This document shows, in pieces, positions 35,756 to 45,364 of a DNA stretch of 45,364 bases. The stretch is from positions 1-45,364 of IMG/VR virus record IMGVR_UViG_3300037522_000124; one strand, written 5' to 3'. The position numbers and the translations under genes were made by a program. Source of the stretch: a virus (lineage: Duplodnaviria > Caudoviricetes). Each line of letters starts with the position of its first letter. Positions within the stretch are counted from its first letter, which is position 1. The notes under the pieces are model-generated. The model did not search any database. It saw only the letters and a list, made by a program, of their open reading frames with translations, and was not told the DNA's origin.

Positions 35756-36916
35756 ATGCTTTTGACATACGACGAAGCGGTTGACCATGTCATTGATTTC
35801 TTGGGCCAGTCGGTTTCCGGCTCATCGGTGAGAGACGCGAAACGGGCTTGCATTCAGGCGCTGCGGGACATCGCCAACGCGCATCCGTGGCGGTACTTCA
35901 TCAATTCGCGGTTGTTGACGACGGATGCGTCGCAGACGTCATCGACGATTACTTACGATCACACCGGCGGCGCGGCGGAGCGGTTGGTAACGATCGCGGC
36001 GGGGACGTGGCCGACTTGGGCGGCGCGGGGCAAACTTAAGATCGGCGAAATCTCCTACGACGTGGCGACCTACGAATCAACGACGACGATCACGCTTTCT
36101 CCCAACAGCAATCCCGGCGCGGATGTGGCGGCCGGGACGGCGTACACACTCTACCGCAACCATTATCCGTTGCCGCTGGACTTCATCAAGCTGTGCTCGC
36201 GGCTCATTGACCAGGACGGAAAATACGCGGTGCGGTACGTGACGCCTGAGAGATGGCTGCACGCACAGACGGTATTCGGCGCGCAGTCGGAACCATTCGA
36301 ATTTACGATTATGGGAGACCCCAGCTATCAGAACGTGATGAGCGTGGTGTTTTCGGCGGCGCCAAGCACGGCGCGAACTTTGGAATACCTGTATCAGCGG
36401 CGTTCTCGCGATTTGAAAGTTTACGCGGAAAGCACGGGGACAGTGGCGGTTACCACCGGCGCGGCGACGCTGACCGGGACGGGGACGGAGTTCGCGGACA
36501 AGCACATCGGCTCCGTGGTGCGGATCTCCGATTCGGCGACGACGGCTCCGACGCACATGGCGGGAGACAATCCTTTCGCGATGGAACGGATTATCACGGC
36601 GGTAGCTTCGGCAACGGCGGCGACACTGGACGAGAACGCCGACCAGACGCTCTCCGGCGTAAAGTATCGCATTTCCGATCCGGTTGACATGGAGCAAGGC
36701 GCGATGCAAAACGCCTACTTCCGCCAATGCGAGAACCTCGTGTCCCACATGCGCGTAAGCGACACCAAGCGGGACTATGCGTCCGAGGCGAGAACGGCGC
36801 TGATTATCGCCAAGGAAACCGATAATCGCGTCAGCCGGATTTCTCGATCAACCGGAACGACGTGGCCATACGGGATTACCGAAACAATTCTCGAACATGG
36901 AACGCTTAGCGAATAA
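35756..36916 (+). CDS. Head-tail adaptor-like protein with beta-rich insertions
   Basis: Helical N-terminus ending HPWRYF, YPLPLDF motif; position after the portal block. Confidence 0.65.
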   Translation: MLLTYDEAVDHVIDFLGQSVSGSSVRDAKRACIQALRDIANAHPWRYFINSRLLTTDASQTSSTITYDHTGGAAERLVTIAAGTWPTWAARGKLKIGEISYDVATYESTTTITLSPNSNPGADVAAGTAYTLYRNHYPLPLDFIKLCSRLIDQDGKYAVRYVTPERWLHAQTVFGAQSEPFEFTIMGDPSYQNVMSVVFSAAPSTARTLEYLYQRRSRDLKVYAESTGTVAVTTGAATLTGTGTEFADKHIGSVVRISDSATTAPTHMAGDNPFAMERIITAVASATAATLDENADQTLSGVKYRISDPVDMEQGAMQNAYFRQCENLVSHMRVSDTKRDYASEARTALIIAKETDNRVSRISRSTGTTWPYGITETILEHGTLSE

Positions 36917-37092
36917 TGCCTGAACCCGCCGAAAACAGATTTGAAATCCGCGACTTCCCCGGCCTCGTACAGCAGTCGGACGTACACGACTTGCCGGCCG
37001 GCGGCGCGCGGGAGCAAACGAATTTGGAATCATCGACGCCCGGCCAACTGAATGTCCGGGCCGGATACCGCGTCGTGACGTTCGAGGAATAA
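36916..37092 (+). CDS. 58-aa ORF resembling the N-terminus of podoviral tail nozzle/stabilisation proteins (absent from the ORF track)
   Basis: MPEPAENRFEIRDFPGLVQQSDVHDLPAGGAREQTNLESSTPGQLNVRAGYRVVTFEE; TAATG overlap with the adaptor gene. Confidence 0.7.
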   Translation: MPEPAENRFEIRDFPGLVQQSDVHDLPAGGAREQTNLESSTPGQLNVRAGYRVVTFEE

Positions 37093-37123
37093 AATAGGAA
37101 CATTTCCCCTAGGAAGATTTCCA

Positions 37124-37432
37124 ATGGACGGACTCCACTACGGCTCCGTGGAACTTGGAGGCAACCTGTACGGGCATGTCCCGACGCTTAACGCGGGTGT
37201 GCCGACAGACGCCGATTCGCAGCCGACATACACGATTTTCGGGCCGTCGGGAGCGATGACCGGCGGTACGGGGACCACGGCTTCCATTTCCGCGCAGACC
37301 GGGCTTTATGACTTTACACACGCCATCACGTCGGGAAACGGCTATGCGTCCGGGGTGACTTATTTCGTCCGCGCCGACTGGGAATTTTCGACAGTGGCAC
37401 ATTCCTTTTACGCTACTTTTTCCGTGACATGA
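37124..37432 (+). CDS. Small beta-rich structural protein
   Basis: T/G/S-rich Ig-like composition. Confidence 0.7.
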   Translation: MDGLHYGSVELGGNLYGHVPTLNAGVPTDADSQPTYTIFGPSGAMTGGTGTTASISAQTGLYDFTHAITSGNGYASGVTYFVRADWEFSTVAHSFYATFSVT

Positions 37433-37875
37433 GTTATCTTGGCCGCCATCAATTGGGCTATCACCTGCCGCTCTCCATCGTGACGGCGAACGGCAGCGGT
37501 ACACCGACCGCTCCGGATGCCGTGCCAACGATTACCGTGTTCGATGACACGGGGACGGAATTGATCAGCGGAAAGACGATTCCCGCCGTCAACAAATCCC
37601 GCTATGTCGGCCAGTTTCACTACCGCTTGTTTTTGGGTTCTAATCCGCACGTCCCGCTTGCCAAGGCGTTTGCCACCGGGAAATACTATGTGCGCCACGA
37701 CTGGGTGATCGGCGGAGTCGCGGGGATGCGGTTGCTGGTGTTTGACATCGTGGCGGGCGGGAATGTGAGCGGCCAGGTGATCGGAATGGAGTGGTTCGAA
37801 CGTCCGCACGGCGGGTATCTGGTCATGCAACTGGATAGCGGCCAGATTGTCGCCGGGAAAAATCCCAAGGCATAA
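37429..37875 (+). CDS. Small beta-rich structural protein
   Basis: ATGA overlap; N-terminal half resembles the previous ORF (GxPTxxDxxPTxTxF). Confidence 0.7.
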   Translation: MSYLGRHQLGYHLPLSIVTANGSGTPTAPDAVPTITVFDDTGTELISGKTIPAVNKSRYVGQFHYRLFLGSNPHVPLAKAFATGKYYVRHDWVIGGVAGMRLLVFDIVAGGNVSGQVIGMEWFERPHGGYLVMQLDSGQIVAGKNPKA

Positions 37876-37894
37876 AATTGGCTCGGAACACCAA

Positions 37895-38398
37895 ATGATG
37901 AAATCCGAAATCAATTTCAAGGGTGTTTATCTCATTAGTTGCCGCGACTCCCTGGGGCGCGTCAAGTGGCGGGAGATGCTCCGCAACGGTATTACCACCG
38001 CTGGACTGACGAATATCCTTGGGACTTATTTCGGCGCCCTCACCCAAAACGCCGATTGGTACTTCGGCCTGATCGATAACGCGGGCTACTCCGCGATCGC
38101 GGCGGCGGATACGATGTCTTCTCACGCCGGATGGACGGAAAACATCAAGTACGATTCCGAGACGCGGCCGGCCTGGACGATGGGGGCGGCGGCGAACGCG
38201 GCGATCGCCACGTCCACGGTGACGACATTCGCGACATCCGTTAATTCGACGATTCGGGGCATCTTCCTGGCCTCGAATGCGACCAAGGGCGGCACGACGG
38301 GGATCCTATGGAGTACGGCGCTGTTCAATACGGCGCGGTCCTTTTCGGCAAGCGATACCTGGGAGGTCACCTCGTATACCGTCAAGGCAGCGGGGTGA
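37895..38398 (+). CDS. Putative virion structural protein
   Basis: NGITTAG...WYFGLI...ADTMSSHAGWTE...IRGIFL...GILWS pattern seen in phage structural genes. Confidence 0.72.
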   Translation: MMKSEINFKGVYLISCRDSLGRVKWREMLRNGITTAGLTNILGTYFGALTQNADWYFGLIDNAGYSAIAAADTMSSHAGWTENIKYDSETRPAWTMGAAANAAIATSTVTTFATSVNSTIRGIFLASNATKGGTTGILWSTALFNTARSFSASDTWEVTSYTVKAAG

Positions 38399-38401
38399 CA
38401 C

Positions 38402-39400
38402 ATGGCCGATTTCCTTGTTGCCGCGAGCAGTGACGACGCTTGGGAGGACTCACTCGCCAATGTCGTCATCACGGCCACCGATCCCAATGTCTCCTCTTCG
38501 GAATGGCATGGGTTCCGGTTTCCCGGAGTCACCATTCCGAACATGTCGGTGATTACTTCGGCGGTCCTGACGCTCTATTTCACCAACAGCGCCAAGGACG
38601 ATCCCGACCACGATATTTACGGGGAAGCCGACGACGACGCGGCCGCGTTTCAGGCGATTACCAATGACATCAGCAGCCGCCAGATTACTACCGCGACCGT
38701 GAATTGGGAGAGTTCGAATCTTGGCGCGCCGGGTTCGTTCGTCAGCCCCGACATTACCAGCGTCGTACAGGAAATCGTCAACCGCGCCGGGTGGGCGTCC
38801 GGCAATGCGCTGGCGATTCTGATTAGCGGTTCCGCGCCGGGAAGCGACATGCAGGTCGAGCACTTCGACCATGCGTCTTCCAATACGCCGAAGCTCACGG
38901 TGACATGGGAACCGCCGGATACAGACATCCCCCCGTCGGGCGGCACGCCTCCCAGTGGCATCGCCGGATTATCCACGAGCTACAGCTTATCCGTGGATTA
39001 TAATCGCCCGGTGATTTCCGAGAATGCGGGGTTCGCCGATTACGTGACAATCGGGCGGATTATCGAGATGGCCGTGCAGTCGGAAAATCTCGGCTTCGGG
39101 GACAGCGTTCCGGAACCCGACACGCTGGGTCCGACGACATTGAGCGCGGCGACGCAGTCTTCCAATGCCGGTTTCGCCGATTCCGTGACAATCGGTGTAA
39201 ACTTTCATAATATCCTGGTTGTTGACAATTTGGGATTTGGCGACTCTGTCGGGCCTCCCGACTCCCCCGCCCCGACGAGTAACTTCATGTTCAGCCATGA
39301 GGAGACGGTCTACTTCACGCAGGACGTCGATGAGAAGCAGTCCAAGACGGCGAACGGGAGTACGATTACGATTCTAGCCGGTGGAAGATACCGGCGGTAA
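38402..39400 (+). CDS. Structural protein: beta-sandwich N-domain plus NLGFGDSV repeats
   Basis: ASSDDA...GFRFPGVTIP...ITSAVL...QEIVNRAGWASGNAL...PKLTVTW, followed by the repeats. Confidence 0.75.
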   Translation: MADFLVAASSDDAWEDSLANVVITATDPNVSSSEWHGFRFPGVTIPNMSVITSAVLTLYFTNSAKDDPDHDIYGEADDDAAAFQAITNDISSRQITTATVNWESSNLGAPGSFVSPDITSVVQEIVNRAGWASGNALAILISGSAPGSDMQVEHFDHASSNTPKLTVTWEPPDTDIPPSGGTPPSGIAGLSTSYSLSVDYNRPVISENAGFADYVTIGRIIEMAVQSENLGFGDSVPEPDTLGPTTLSAATQSSNAGFADSVTIGVNFHNILVVDNLGFGDSVGPPDSPAPTSNFMFSHEETVYFTQDVDEKQSKTANGSTITILAGGRYRR

Positions 39401-39426
39401 CGCGGATAAATGAAAGGGTTCCGAAA

Positions 39427-41670
39427 ATGCCTCCCGCGTTCGCCAAATCACCGGACGGCATCCTTTACGTGGCCAACGGCATCGATCCCGTGCTCCGCTG
39501 GGACGGACTCACAACGTCGATGGAACCGGCGGGAGTGGAAGGGCCAGACTCCGCCGTCACGGTCACCGGAAGCGGCGTTGGCGACATCTTCGGAACGATC
39601 TATGGCTACGCGCGGTTCATCGACAGGCTTGGCAACGTCGGGAATCTTTCGCCCGTGGGAACGGCGTACGAGGCCAAGGGAATCGAACGGACCATCACGG
39701 CCGCCGCGAACACCGCTCCGATCGTCATCACCACCAACGCGCATTCCTTGCAAACGGGTGATAAAATCGTCGTCGAGGGGGTCGAGGGGCTTACGGGCGC
39801 TAATGGGACATGGATCGTAACCAATCTCACGGCCGACACATTTTCCTTGGATGGCTCATCCGGCAACGCCGATTACCGTAGTTCCGGAACTTGGCATCGC
39901 GGCGTCGCTACAATCAATTATTCAAATCTCCCGGTGACTGATGACCCGAAGATTCAGTTCAGGCAGGTGTTTCGCACGCGGCATGGAGACCCGAACACGG
40001 TATTTCTGGACATCGAAAGCACGACTTTTTCGACCACGTCCCTTTCATCAACGAAAACGGATGCGGAATTGGTTTCGGGTGCGGCGTTGACGGACGATAC
40101 CGGAGACGACTTGCTCCTTTCTCGGCATGGGATTCCCCCGTCCGACAAGTCGGTGTTCGCGCATCACATTGACAGGATGTTCGCGCTGGTTGATGAAGAG
40201 TACAATGTCGGAAACGTGGCGGTTACAAATGGATCAACGGCGGTCACCGGGATCGGCACTGAATTTTCGGGGGAATTTTCTGGTCGTTACCTTTGGGTAT
40301 CTGGTGGCCGCCGTTATTATTTGATTTCCTCCGTTGACATCGCTTCGCAGGCGCTGACGCTCTCCGCCGCCTACGAAGGGGCGACTGAGTTGTACACCGA
40401 CTATTCAATTCGCGCCGACATTACGCAACGGCGTTCGATTCGCTGGTCGGAGGCGGGCCTCCCGGAGAGTTGGCTGCCGACTCACGAACAGCCAATCCAG
40501 GAGAATCCAGGCTCCGGTGATCTGCGGGGCGCGATGTCGCTCGATTCGTGGATTTACCTGTTAGCCGAATCACGCATCTATCGGTTGAGCTACCAGGCCG
40601 ATCCGCTTCGGGACGGATTTGTGTTTCCCGACGCCAAGCGCGGCGTGCTCAATCAGCGTTGTTGGGTGCAGGTCGAGGATGCCGCCTACCTGCTCGACCG
40701 GCAGGGGATTTACGCATTCCAAGGAAACGGGCACCAGGAAATTTCCCAACCGATTCAGGATATGTTCGAGCGTGAACCGGACGGAGCCTACCAAATCAAT
40801 TGGGGGGCAAGCCGTTGGTTTCATGCGGCGCACGATCCGGTGTACGAGACGGTGAAATTCTTCGTCTGCCTGGACGGAGACTATTTGCCGCATCACGCTA
40901 TTTGCTATGCCTACCGCTACCGGAGGCTATGGGTCGAGGAATACCCCGTGCCGATCGGCGCGGCGGCGGTGGGCGAGATGGACGGGCGGGCGCAGTTGTT
41001 CCTCGGCTCGGACCATTGCCGAGTTCTGGCCAGCGGAATCGGCAGGCTGGATGGATTGGATTCCGGCGCGGGCACCGTGCGCGGCACGGTGACATCGTCC
41101 GGACCAACGTGGGTTGCCGATACCACGGCTGCGTTTGGCGGCGACTTGGTGAATGCCCCGCTATTGATCACCGGAGGAAAGGGCAAGGGACAACGGCGGC
41201 GGATCATTTCCGTGTCGGGAACCACAATCAACGTCAAGGATCCGTGGTTGATTAGTCCGAATACAACATCGACGTATCAGGTTGGCGGAGTGGAGTATGC
41301 CTATCGCACCGGAAATTACCGATGGCTTCAGCGCGACAGCCTCCAGAATCGGCGAATTGAATTGCTGTTCGAGCCGACAGTGGCCCCGTCCGACATGCAT
41401 CTCCGCGTCTTTCAGAGCCAGACGGCTAATCCGGAATTGATGGCCTACACGCGGACGAGCAGCGAGGGAAACGGAGTGGCGTCAGAGGTAGGCTCCGCAT
41501 ATCTGGAGATCGACACCACGAAAGAAACCGGCTACGTTTCGCATTCGATGTCGGATCGGCGCGGCCGGGAAGTCGAGGGAGACCGATTCGCTAACTTCGA
41601 GATTTCCGGCGTGGCGAACAAGGATCGAGTCCGCATCTACCAGATTGGATTATACGGCATGAGGAAATGA
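39427..41670 (+). CDS. Tail nozzle/stabilisation-like protein (beta-propeller-like with insertions)
   Basis: LYVANG...RWDG, IRWSEAGLPESW, YLLDRQGIYAFQG...EISQPIQ; position between adaptor and ejection-like genes. Confidence 0.65.
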   Translation: MPPAFAKSPDGILYVANGIDPVLRWDGLTTSMEPAGVEGPDSAVTVTGSGVGDIFGTIYGYARFIDRLGNVGNLSPVGTAYEAKGIERTITAAANTAPIVITTNAHSLQTGDKIVVEGVEGLTGANGTWIVTNLTADTFSLDGSSGNADYRSSGTWHRGVATINYSNLPVTDDPKIQFRQVFRTRHGDPNTVFLDIESTTFSTTSLSSTKTDAELVSGAALTDDTGDDLLLSRHGIPPSDKSVFAHHIDRMFALVDEEYNVGNVAVTNGSTAVTGIGTEFSGEFSGRYLWVSGGRRYYLISSVDIASQALTLSAAYEGATELYTDYSIRADITQRRSIRWSEAGLPESWLPTHEQPIQENPGSGDLRGAMSLDSWIYLLAESRIYRLSYQADPLRDGFVFPDAKRGVLNQRCWVQVEDAAYLLDRQGIYAFQGNGHQEISQPIQDMFEREPDGAYQINWGASRWFHAAHDPVYETVKFFVCLDGDYLPHHAICYAYRYRRLWVEEYPVPIGAAAVGEMDGRAQLFLGSDHCRVLASGIGRLDGLDSGAGTVRGTVTSSGPTWVADTTAAFGGDLVNAPLLITGGKGKGQRRRIISVSGTTINVKDPWLISPNTTSTYQVGGVEYAYRTGNYRWLQRDSLQNRRIELLFEPTVAPSDMHLRVFQSQTANPELMAYTRTSSEGNGVASEVGSAYLEIDTTKETGYVSHSMSDRRGREVEGDRFANFEISGVANKDRVRIYQIGLYGMRK

Positions 41671-41677
41671 GCGTGAT

Positions 41678-42712
41678 ATGAGTTTGCGAAGCCTGTTCAG
41701 TCCCGGCGTGCTGCGGTTGATGCGGGATCACTGGGGAGCCAAGTTTTCCATTCCCACTGGAATCAATTCCGAAACCGGTCAATTGGAGTACGGCGACCCA
41801 AGAGACACCGGCGTGCAAGAGTTGGCGGAGGAAATCTACGCGATCATGGCCACGGTCGGCCCGATCAAACTCAATGACCCCGTCCAATTTCAGCGCGCCG
41901 ACGGATACACCGGACCGCTGTTCGAGTTTACCGACGGTGAAGGTCCGACCATTTCCATCAAGGGGCCGAACGAGCAGACGAACATTGAAATCGGCGGCAT
42001 TCAGCACACCTCGGATCTGGCGCTCAACAACGACTATTCGCAGGCGACCCCATTCACGATCAACGAGGGGAAGGGTGACCCTGACGGCGCGACGTTCGTG
42101 TATGCTCCGCCGGGATTCACGTTTCCGGGTAGCGGCGGGACGGAGACTGGCCCCGAGGAGCGGAAGGGCGAGAGCGTTCCAGGCCGGATTGACGGCGGTT
42201 CCGGGACGACTTACACGGTGGACTATTATGCGGATGGCCCGTTCGTGGCCGCCACGATCCAGCTTGAAGACGTGGTTTGCCTGGGCGCGGAAGATAGCTG
42301 GAAGATTAGGCCGGGGACGTGGGTGGACGTGCGGAGAACGGGAGATACGTTCTGGTTCACGCAACCCGCGCTGACGATCATGCGGCAATGCACGCTGACC
42401 GGAGTGGACGAGGATACCCTGGACGTGACGGACCAGGATGGAAACGCGATTGTCATTGCCAAGCCGTACTTGTTGCGGCTGACTCCGTTCGACGGGCAGG
42501 TCCACAACGGGATCGTGTATAATTTCGGCGCAAGCACAACGCTGCGGGAAGCGACATTGGGCGCGACGACTGAGGAACAAAAGGTGATTCCGCAGTATGT
42601 CACGGGGGATGTGGTATTCGCGGCGTGGGTGATCGATGGGTCGGGCGTGTCGGGGGTGAACTGGCAGGACATTAACACCGACGGAAGGGCTTGGGCGAAG
42701 GTGTCTCCATAG
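41678..42712 (+). CDS. Putative tail-associated protein
   Basis: Acidic, beta-rich ORF within the structural block. Confidence 0.65.
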   Translation: MSLRSLFSPGVLRLMRDHWGAKFSIPTGINSETGQLEYGDPRDTGVQELAEEIYAIMATVGPIKLNDPVQFQRADGYTGPLFEFTDGEGPTISIKGPNEQTNIEIGGIQHTSDLALNNDYSQATPFTINEGKGDPDGATFVYAPPGFTFPGSGGTETGPEERKGESVPGRIDGGSGTTYTVDYYADGPFVAATIQLEDVVCLGAEDSWKIRPGTWVDVRRTGDTFWFTQPALTIMRQCTLTGVDEDTLDVTDQDGNAIVIAKPYLLRLTPFDGQVHNGIVYNFGASTTLREATLGATTEEQKVIPQYVTGDVVFAAWVIDGSGVSGVNWQDINTDGRAWAKVSP

Positions 42713-43315
42713 ATGGCCGAGAATCTGGACAGTTTCGACGAATCGGAATTGGGCGCGTTCACGGAGAGTCCGCTGGGCGCGAGGATCGGTTCCGGCCCGG
42801 ATTTGGCCAATTGCCAGAGCAAAAAGAACACGGCTAGAGTTTACAGCCTGACGGCGGATGATTTCAGTTTCAGCGGCGATCAGATTGCGGATTTCAGCCA
42901 CGTTGCCGACGCCGTGGAAATCGATGCCCTCAACGGTGATATTGATTTGGTCAATCCATTTCCGCTTGCAAGCACCAGTTGTCAATGGGATAGCGATTTC
43001 ATTCCGGCCGTCAATCACGCCGGACATTTACATTGGCGCTTTGAGATAAAATCAACCGTAGTCATCGCGCGGCTGTTGGCCGACATCCAACGCCCTCTAC
43101 TTTCCACTTCGACTCGGGAGCTTGAAATCGTCTCGTATGTCCTGCCGATTGACGACTTTGACCCTCTTGACGAGAATATCCTTTTCCTCCACGAACGGAT
43201 TGTAGTGACCGACGATCTCCCTGGCTTCTTTCCCGAACCGTACTTCGGTCCGTACTTCGGCGGGATCTTGACGGTTCCTGATACAGTGACGATTGACGTT
43301 TCTCCCGCATCTTAA
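42713..43315 (+). CDS. Hypothetical protein
   Basis: 200-aa ORF abutting the previous stop codon. Confidence 0.65.
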   Translation: MAENLDSFDESELGAFTESPLGARIGSGPDLANCQSKKNTARVYSLTADDFSFSGDQIADFSHVADAVEIDALNGDIDLVNPFPLASTSCQWDSDFIPAVNHAGHLHWRFEIKSTVVIARLLADIQRPLLSTSTRELEIVSYVLPIDDFDPLDENILFLHERIVVTDDLPGFFPEPYFGPYFGGILTVPDTVTIDVSPAS

Positions 43316-43363
43316 TCCTCGTACAATGGGGTTTAACCCCATAGGGCGGAAGGAGAGCGGAAT

Positions 43364-44350
43364 ATGGCGACACCCAATAGCGCATCCGGTTTGTTCAACT
43401 GGTCGGTCGGCAACATGCAAGCCGGAGGCTTCAACCAGCCCGGAGGCTTTAACCAAGCCGGAGGCTTTAATCAGGGATTCGGCCAGCAGGGCTACGGACA
43501 AAATCCCTACCTGCAAAGCGTGAATCAAGGCGTCGGAAATCAGCTTGACGCCCTGACGAAGATTTACGGGTTCAACACGCAAGGCAACATGAACTATTTG
43601 AATAACCTTGTCGCCGATCGCGGCAACATCCTGAACAATCTTGGGATGTTCGAGCGCCAGCAGTTGGGAGGCCAGCAAGCCTTGGATCAAATAGGGCTGT
43701 CCAAGCAATTTGATAAGGACATTAGCCAGGAACAACAATGGACGCAGCGGCAGGCGAATAAGATCAATCAGGCCATCGCCGAAGGGAAGTTTGGTTCCGA
43801 CGAAAGGATTGCGGGCGTCTACGATACCGGACAGACGGCGCGGGCGAACATTGCCACCGAGGTTCCAAAGCTGGCGGAGCAGAATAAGATGTCGCGGTTC
43901 AACGCGATTTTGCCGACGCTCCTTGAGATGGCGAACCGCTTCGCTCCGCAAAACGGCGGAGGAGCCGGGCAAGAGACGCCCGTACCGGGATTCGGCGGGT
44001 TTGACACGGACGCACTCGTCAATCAGGCGAATCGCGGCGCTTATCAAGCGCTGGGCGGCGGACTCAAAAACGACGTTGCGGGCATGGGAGGACGCGGGTT
44101 CACGTCCGCGAATTCCAATGCCGTCAAAGCGCTTGATAATCAGCGGAGAATCGGACTGGCGAACCAACTGGCGACGAACGCGGCGCAAGTTCCCCTGGGC
44201 GTGGCGCAGACTGTCGGGCCTTTGCAGCTTCAGGCGGCAGCGCTTCGTGAAGGCGGACGCGCGGCGCGGTCTCGCGAGGGCATCTCGCGCGAGCAAAATC
44301 AACTCGGCTACTTGGCGTCCCTGCTGGGGACACTGGGAGGTTTTGGATGA
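43364..44350 (+). CDS. Putative ejection/internal virion protein, Q/N/G-rich
   Basis: AAGGAG RBS; GGFNQ x3 (18-bp repeats, ~43421-43474); no Cys; helical low-complexity sequence. Confidence 0.7.
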   Translation: MATPNSASGLFNWSVGNMQAGGFNQPGGFNQAGGFNQGFGQQGYGQNPYLQSVNQGVGNQLDALTKIYGFNTQGNMNYLNNLVADRGNILNNLGMFERQQLGGQQALDQIGLSKQFDKDISQEQQWTQRQANKINQAIAEGKFGSDERIAGVYDTGQTARANIATEVPKLAEQNKMSRFNAILPTLLEMANRFAPQNGGGAGQETPVPGFGGFDTDALVNQANRGAYQALGGGLKNDVAGMGGRGFTSANSNAVKALDNQRRIGLANQLATNAAQVPLGVAQTVGPLQLQAAALREGGRAARSREGISREQNQLGYLASLLGTLGGFG

Positions 44351-45364
44351 ACGATTTCCTGACGGCTATCACCGGCGCGTTCGGCGGCGCTGGCGCGTTC
44401 GGCGGCGCTCCCGCTACCATCGGTTCCGACGAAGATATGCGGGCTAAACTCCTGGAGGTTCTGTCCGGCCGAAAGCAGGATGTGGACCCTGGTTTGATTT
44501 CTCAAGCGCAGAACCAATTGGTAGGGCGCGGTTATGTCCAGGATTCGCGCGGGCTGGACCTCAATCCCGGCAGCGGCGGCGGCTCGGCGATTCATCCGTT
44601 GGTGGCTCAGGCGCAAAAGCAGTTAGTGGCTAACGGAGCCGCGGCGCGCCAAGCGGGAATTCGCACCGATCCGATCGCCGACGCGGATGCCTTTTTCCAG
44701 GAGCGGCATGGGCCGGAAGATTGGCGTTCGACCGCTGAAGGCCGAAGATCAAAGATGATGGAATTTGCAAAGCGGGGACGCCGTGGCACATTTTTGGATC
44801 AAGACGAACTTGCCGCCAATGCCGCGAACATCACGGCGGCCCAGGAAAATCGGGAGAAAGCCAAGGCGGAACGGATGGCGGCTTTTCATGGCGTCCAGGC
44901 CGGAAAGCGTTTGGAAAAGAAATTGGCTTCAGAGCGGCGGAGCATGGTGAGTCAGTTCGGCCCGGAGGCGGCTTCGAAGATCCAGGCGGAGAAAGTTAAG
45001 GCGGAAGTTCAGACCGCGACTGACGCGGCGCGGATGAAGCACGAGAACGATTTACTGGACAGGAAGTTGGCGTCCGAGGAACGCAACAAGCAAATGGATA
45101 ATACCGCTTTGCAGCAGAAGCATCGCTTGGAAATGATCGCAAAGCTCTCTGAATCGTATCCTGGAAGTTCCCCGAGCGCCGTGGCCAAAAAGGTTGATGA
45201 AATCATGGGACAGAGTCCTATGGGACAGAGTCCTATGGGGCAAAGTCCCATGGGGCCAGGCGCAATCCCCGGAACCAGTTCCCAGTTCCAGAACCCAATT
45301 GACGCCGACGCCGTCGAGAAATTGAGGGGGTTTTTCGATCAGACGAACTTTATCGCCGGACACG
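44347..45364 (+). CDS. Putative ejection/internal virion protein, 3'-truncated by the window end (absent from the ORF track)
   Basis: ATGA overlap. MNDFLTAITGAFGGAG... stays open to the window end; coiled coil; MGQSP x3 (15-bp repeats, ~45205-45255). Confidence 0.75.
   Translation, partial: MNDFLTAITGAFGGAGAFGGAPATIGSDEDMRAKLLEVLSGRKQDVDPGLISQAQNQLVGRGYVQDSRGLDLNPGSGGGSAIHPLVAQAQKQLVANGAAARQAGIRTDPIADADAFFQERHGPEDWRSTAEGRRSKMMEFAKRGRRGTFLDQDELAANAANITAAQENREKAKAERMAAFHGVQAGKRLEKKLASERRSMVSQFGPEAASKIQAEKVKAEVQTATDAARMKHENDLLDRKLASEERNKQMDNTALQQKHRLEMIAKLSESYPGSSPSAVAKKVDEIMGQSPMGQSPMGQSPMGPGAIPGTSSQFQNPIDADAVEKLRGFFDQTNFIAGH

Larger units (their letters stand above)
1..45364 (+). mobile_element. 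Tailed bacteriophage/prophage genome segment (podovirus-like gene order; probable Planctomycetota host)
   Basis: Terminase large subunit, portal, adaptor/tail genes, holin and phage replication genes, all co-oriented and tightly packed. Host inferred from the CsrA, RimI-like and Tat thioredoxin-like proteins. Confidence 0.93.

Noticed and set aside
35173-39400. Diversity-generating retroelement TR/VR pair
   Set aside because: No reverse transcriptase; the repeats are short, and their differences are not adenine-specific.
30881-44302. Long minus-strand ORFs (30881-32098, 41591-43027, 43097-44302)
   Set aside because: Antisense shadows of GC-rich + strand genes, with no motifs or RBS.

Overview
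A 45 kb piece of a tailed dsDNA phage or prophage. All credible genes are on the + strand. The host is probably a planctomycete, inferred from the style of the CsrA, RimI-like GNAT and Tat-exported thioredoxin-like proteins. Gene order: (1) early genes separated by a conserved ACATC-loop hairpin repeat (DUF3560, pentapeptide protein); (2) SNF2-type helicase, N4/N6 DNA methylase and DUF1937; (3) an uncharacterised 246-aa protein followed by a ~340-nt non-coding unit holding a circularly permuted tRNA-like domain inside long nested stems; (4) replication/recombination genes (DnaQ/PolB-type exonuclease, RecT-like, DUF669-like SSB, RecD2, ERCC4 nuclease, primase-helicase) and an AT-rich repeat-bearing origin candidate; (5) CsrA, GNAT and an NDT-like gene; (6) an envelope/lysis module (MMP-like matrixin with a cysteine-switch-like prodomain, r1t-type holin, Dam, exported proteins, G8/beta-helix protein); (7) terminase, portal, a GT-MTase fusion, adaptor, tail proteins and ejection-protein-like ORFs running off the end. 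No integrase, DNA polymerase, major capsid protein or CRISPR array is recognisable. The most interesting signals are the protein plus permuted tRNA-like (YrlA-like, no Ro60 present) ncRNA unit, four promoter leaders whose 5' end is complementary to their own terminator loop, and the intergenic hairpin cassette repeat. All family calls come from reading motifs by eye; no searches were run.
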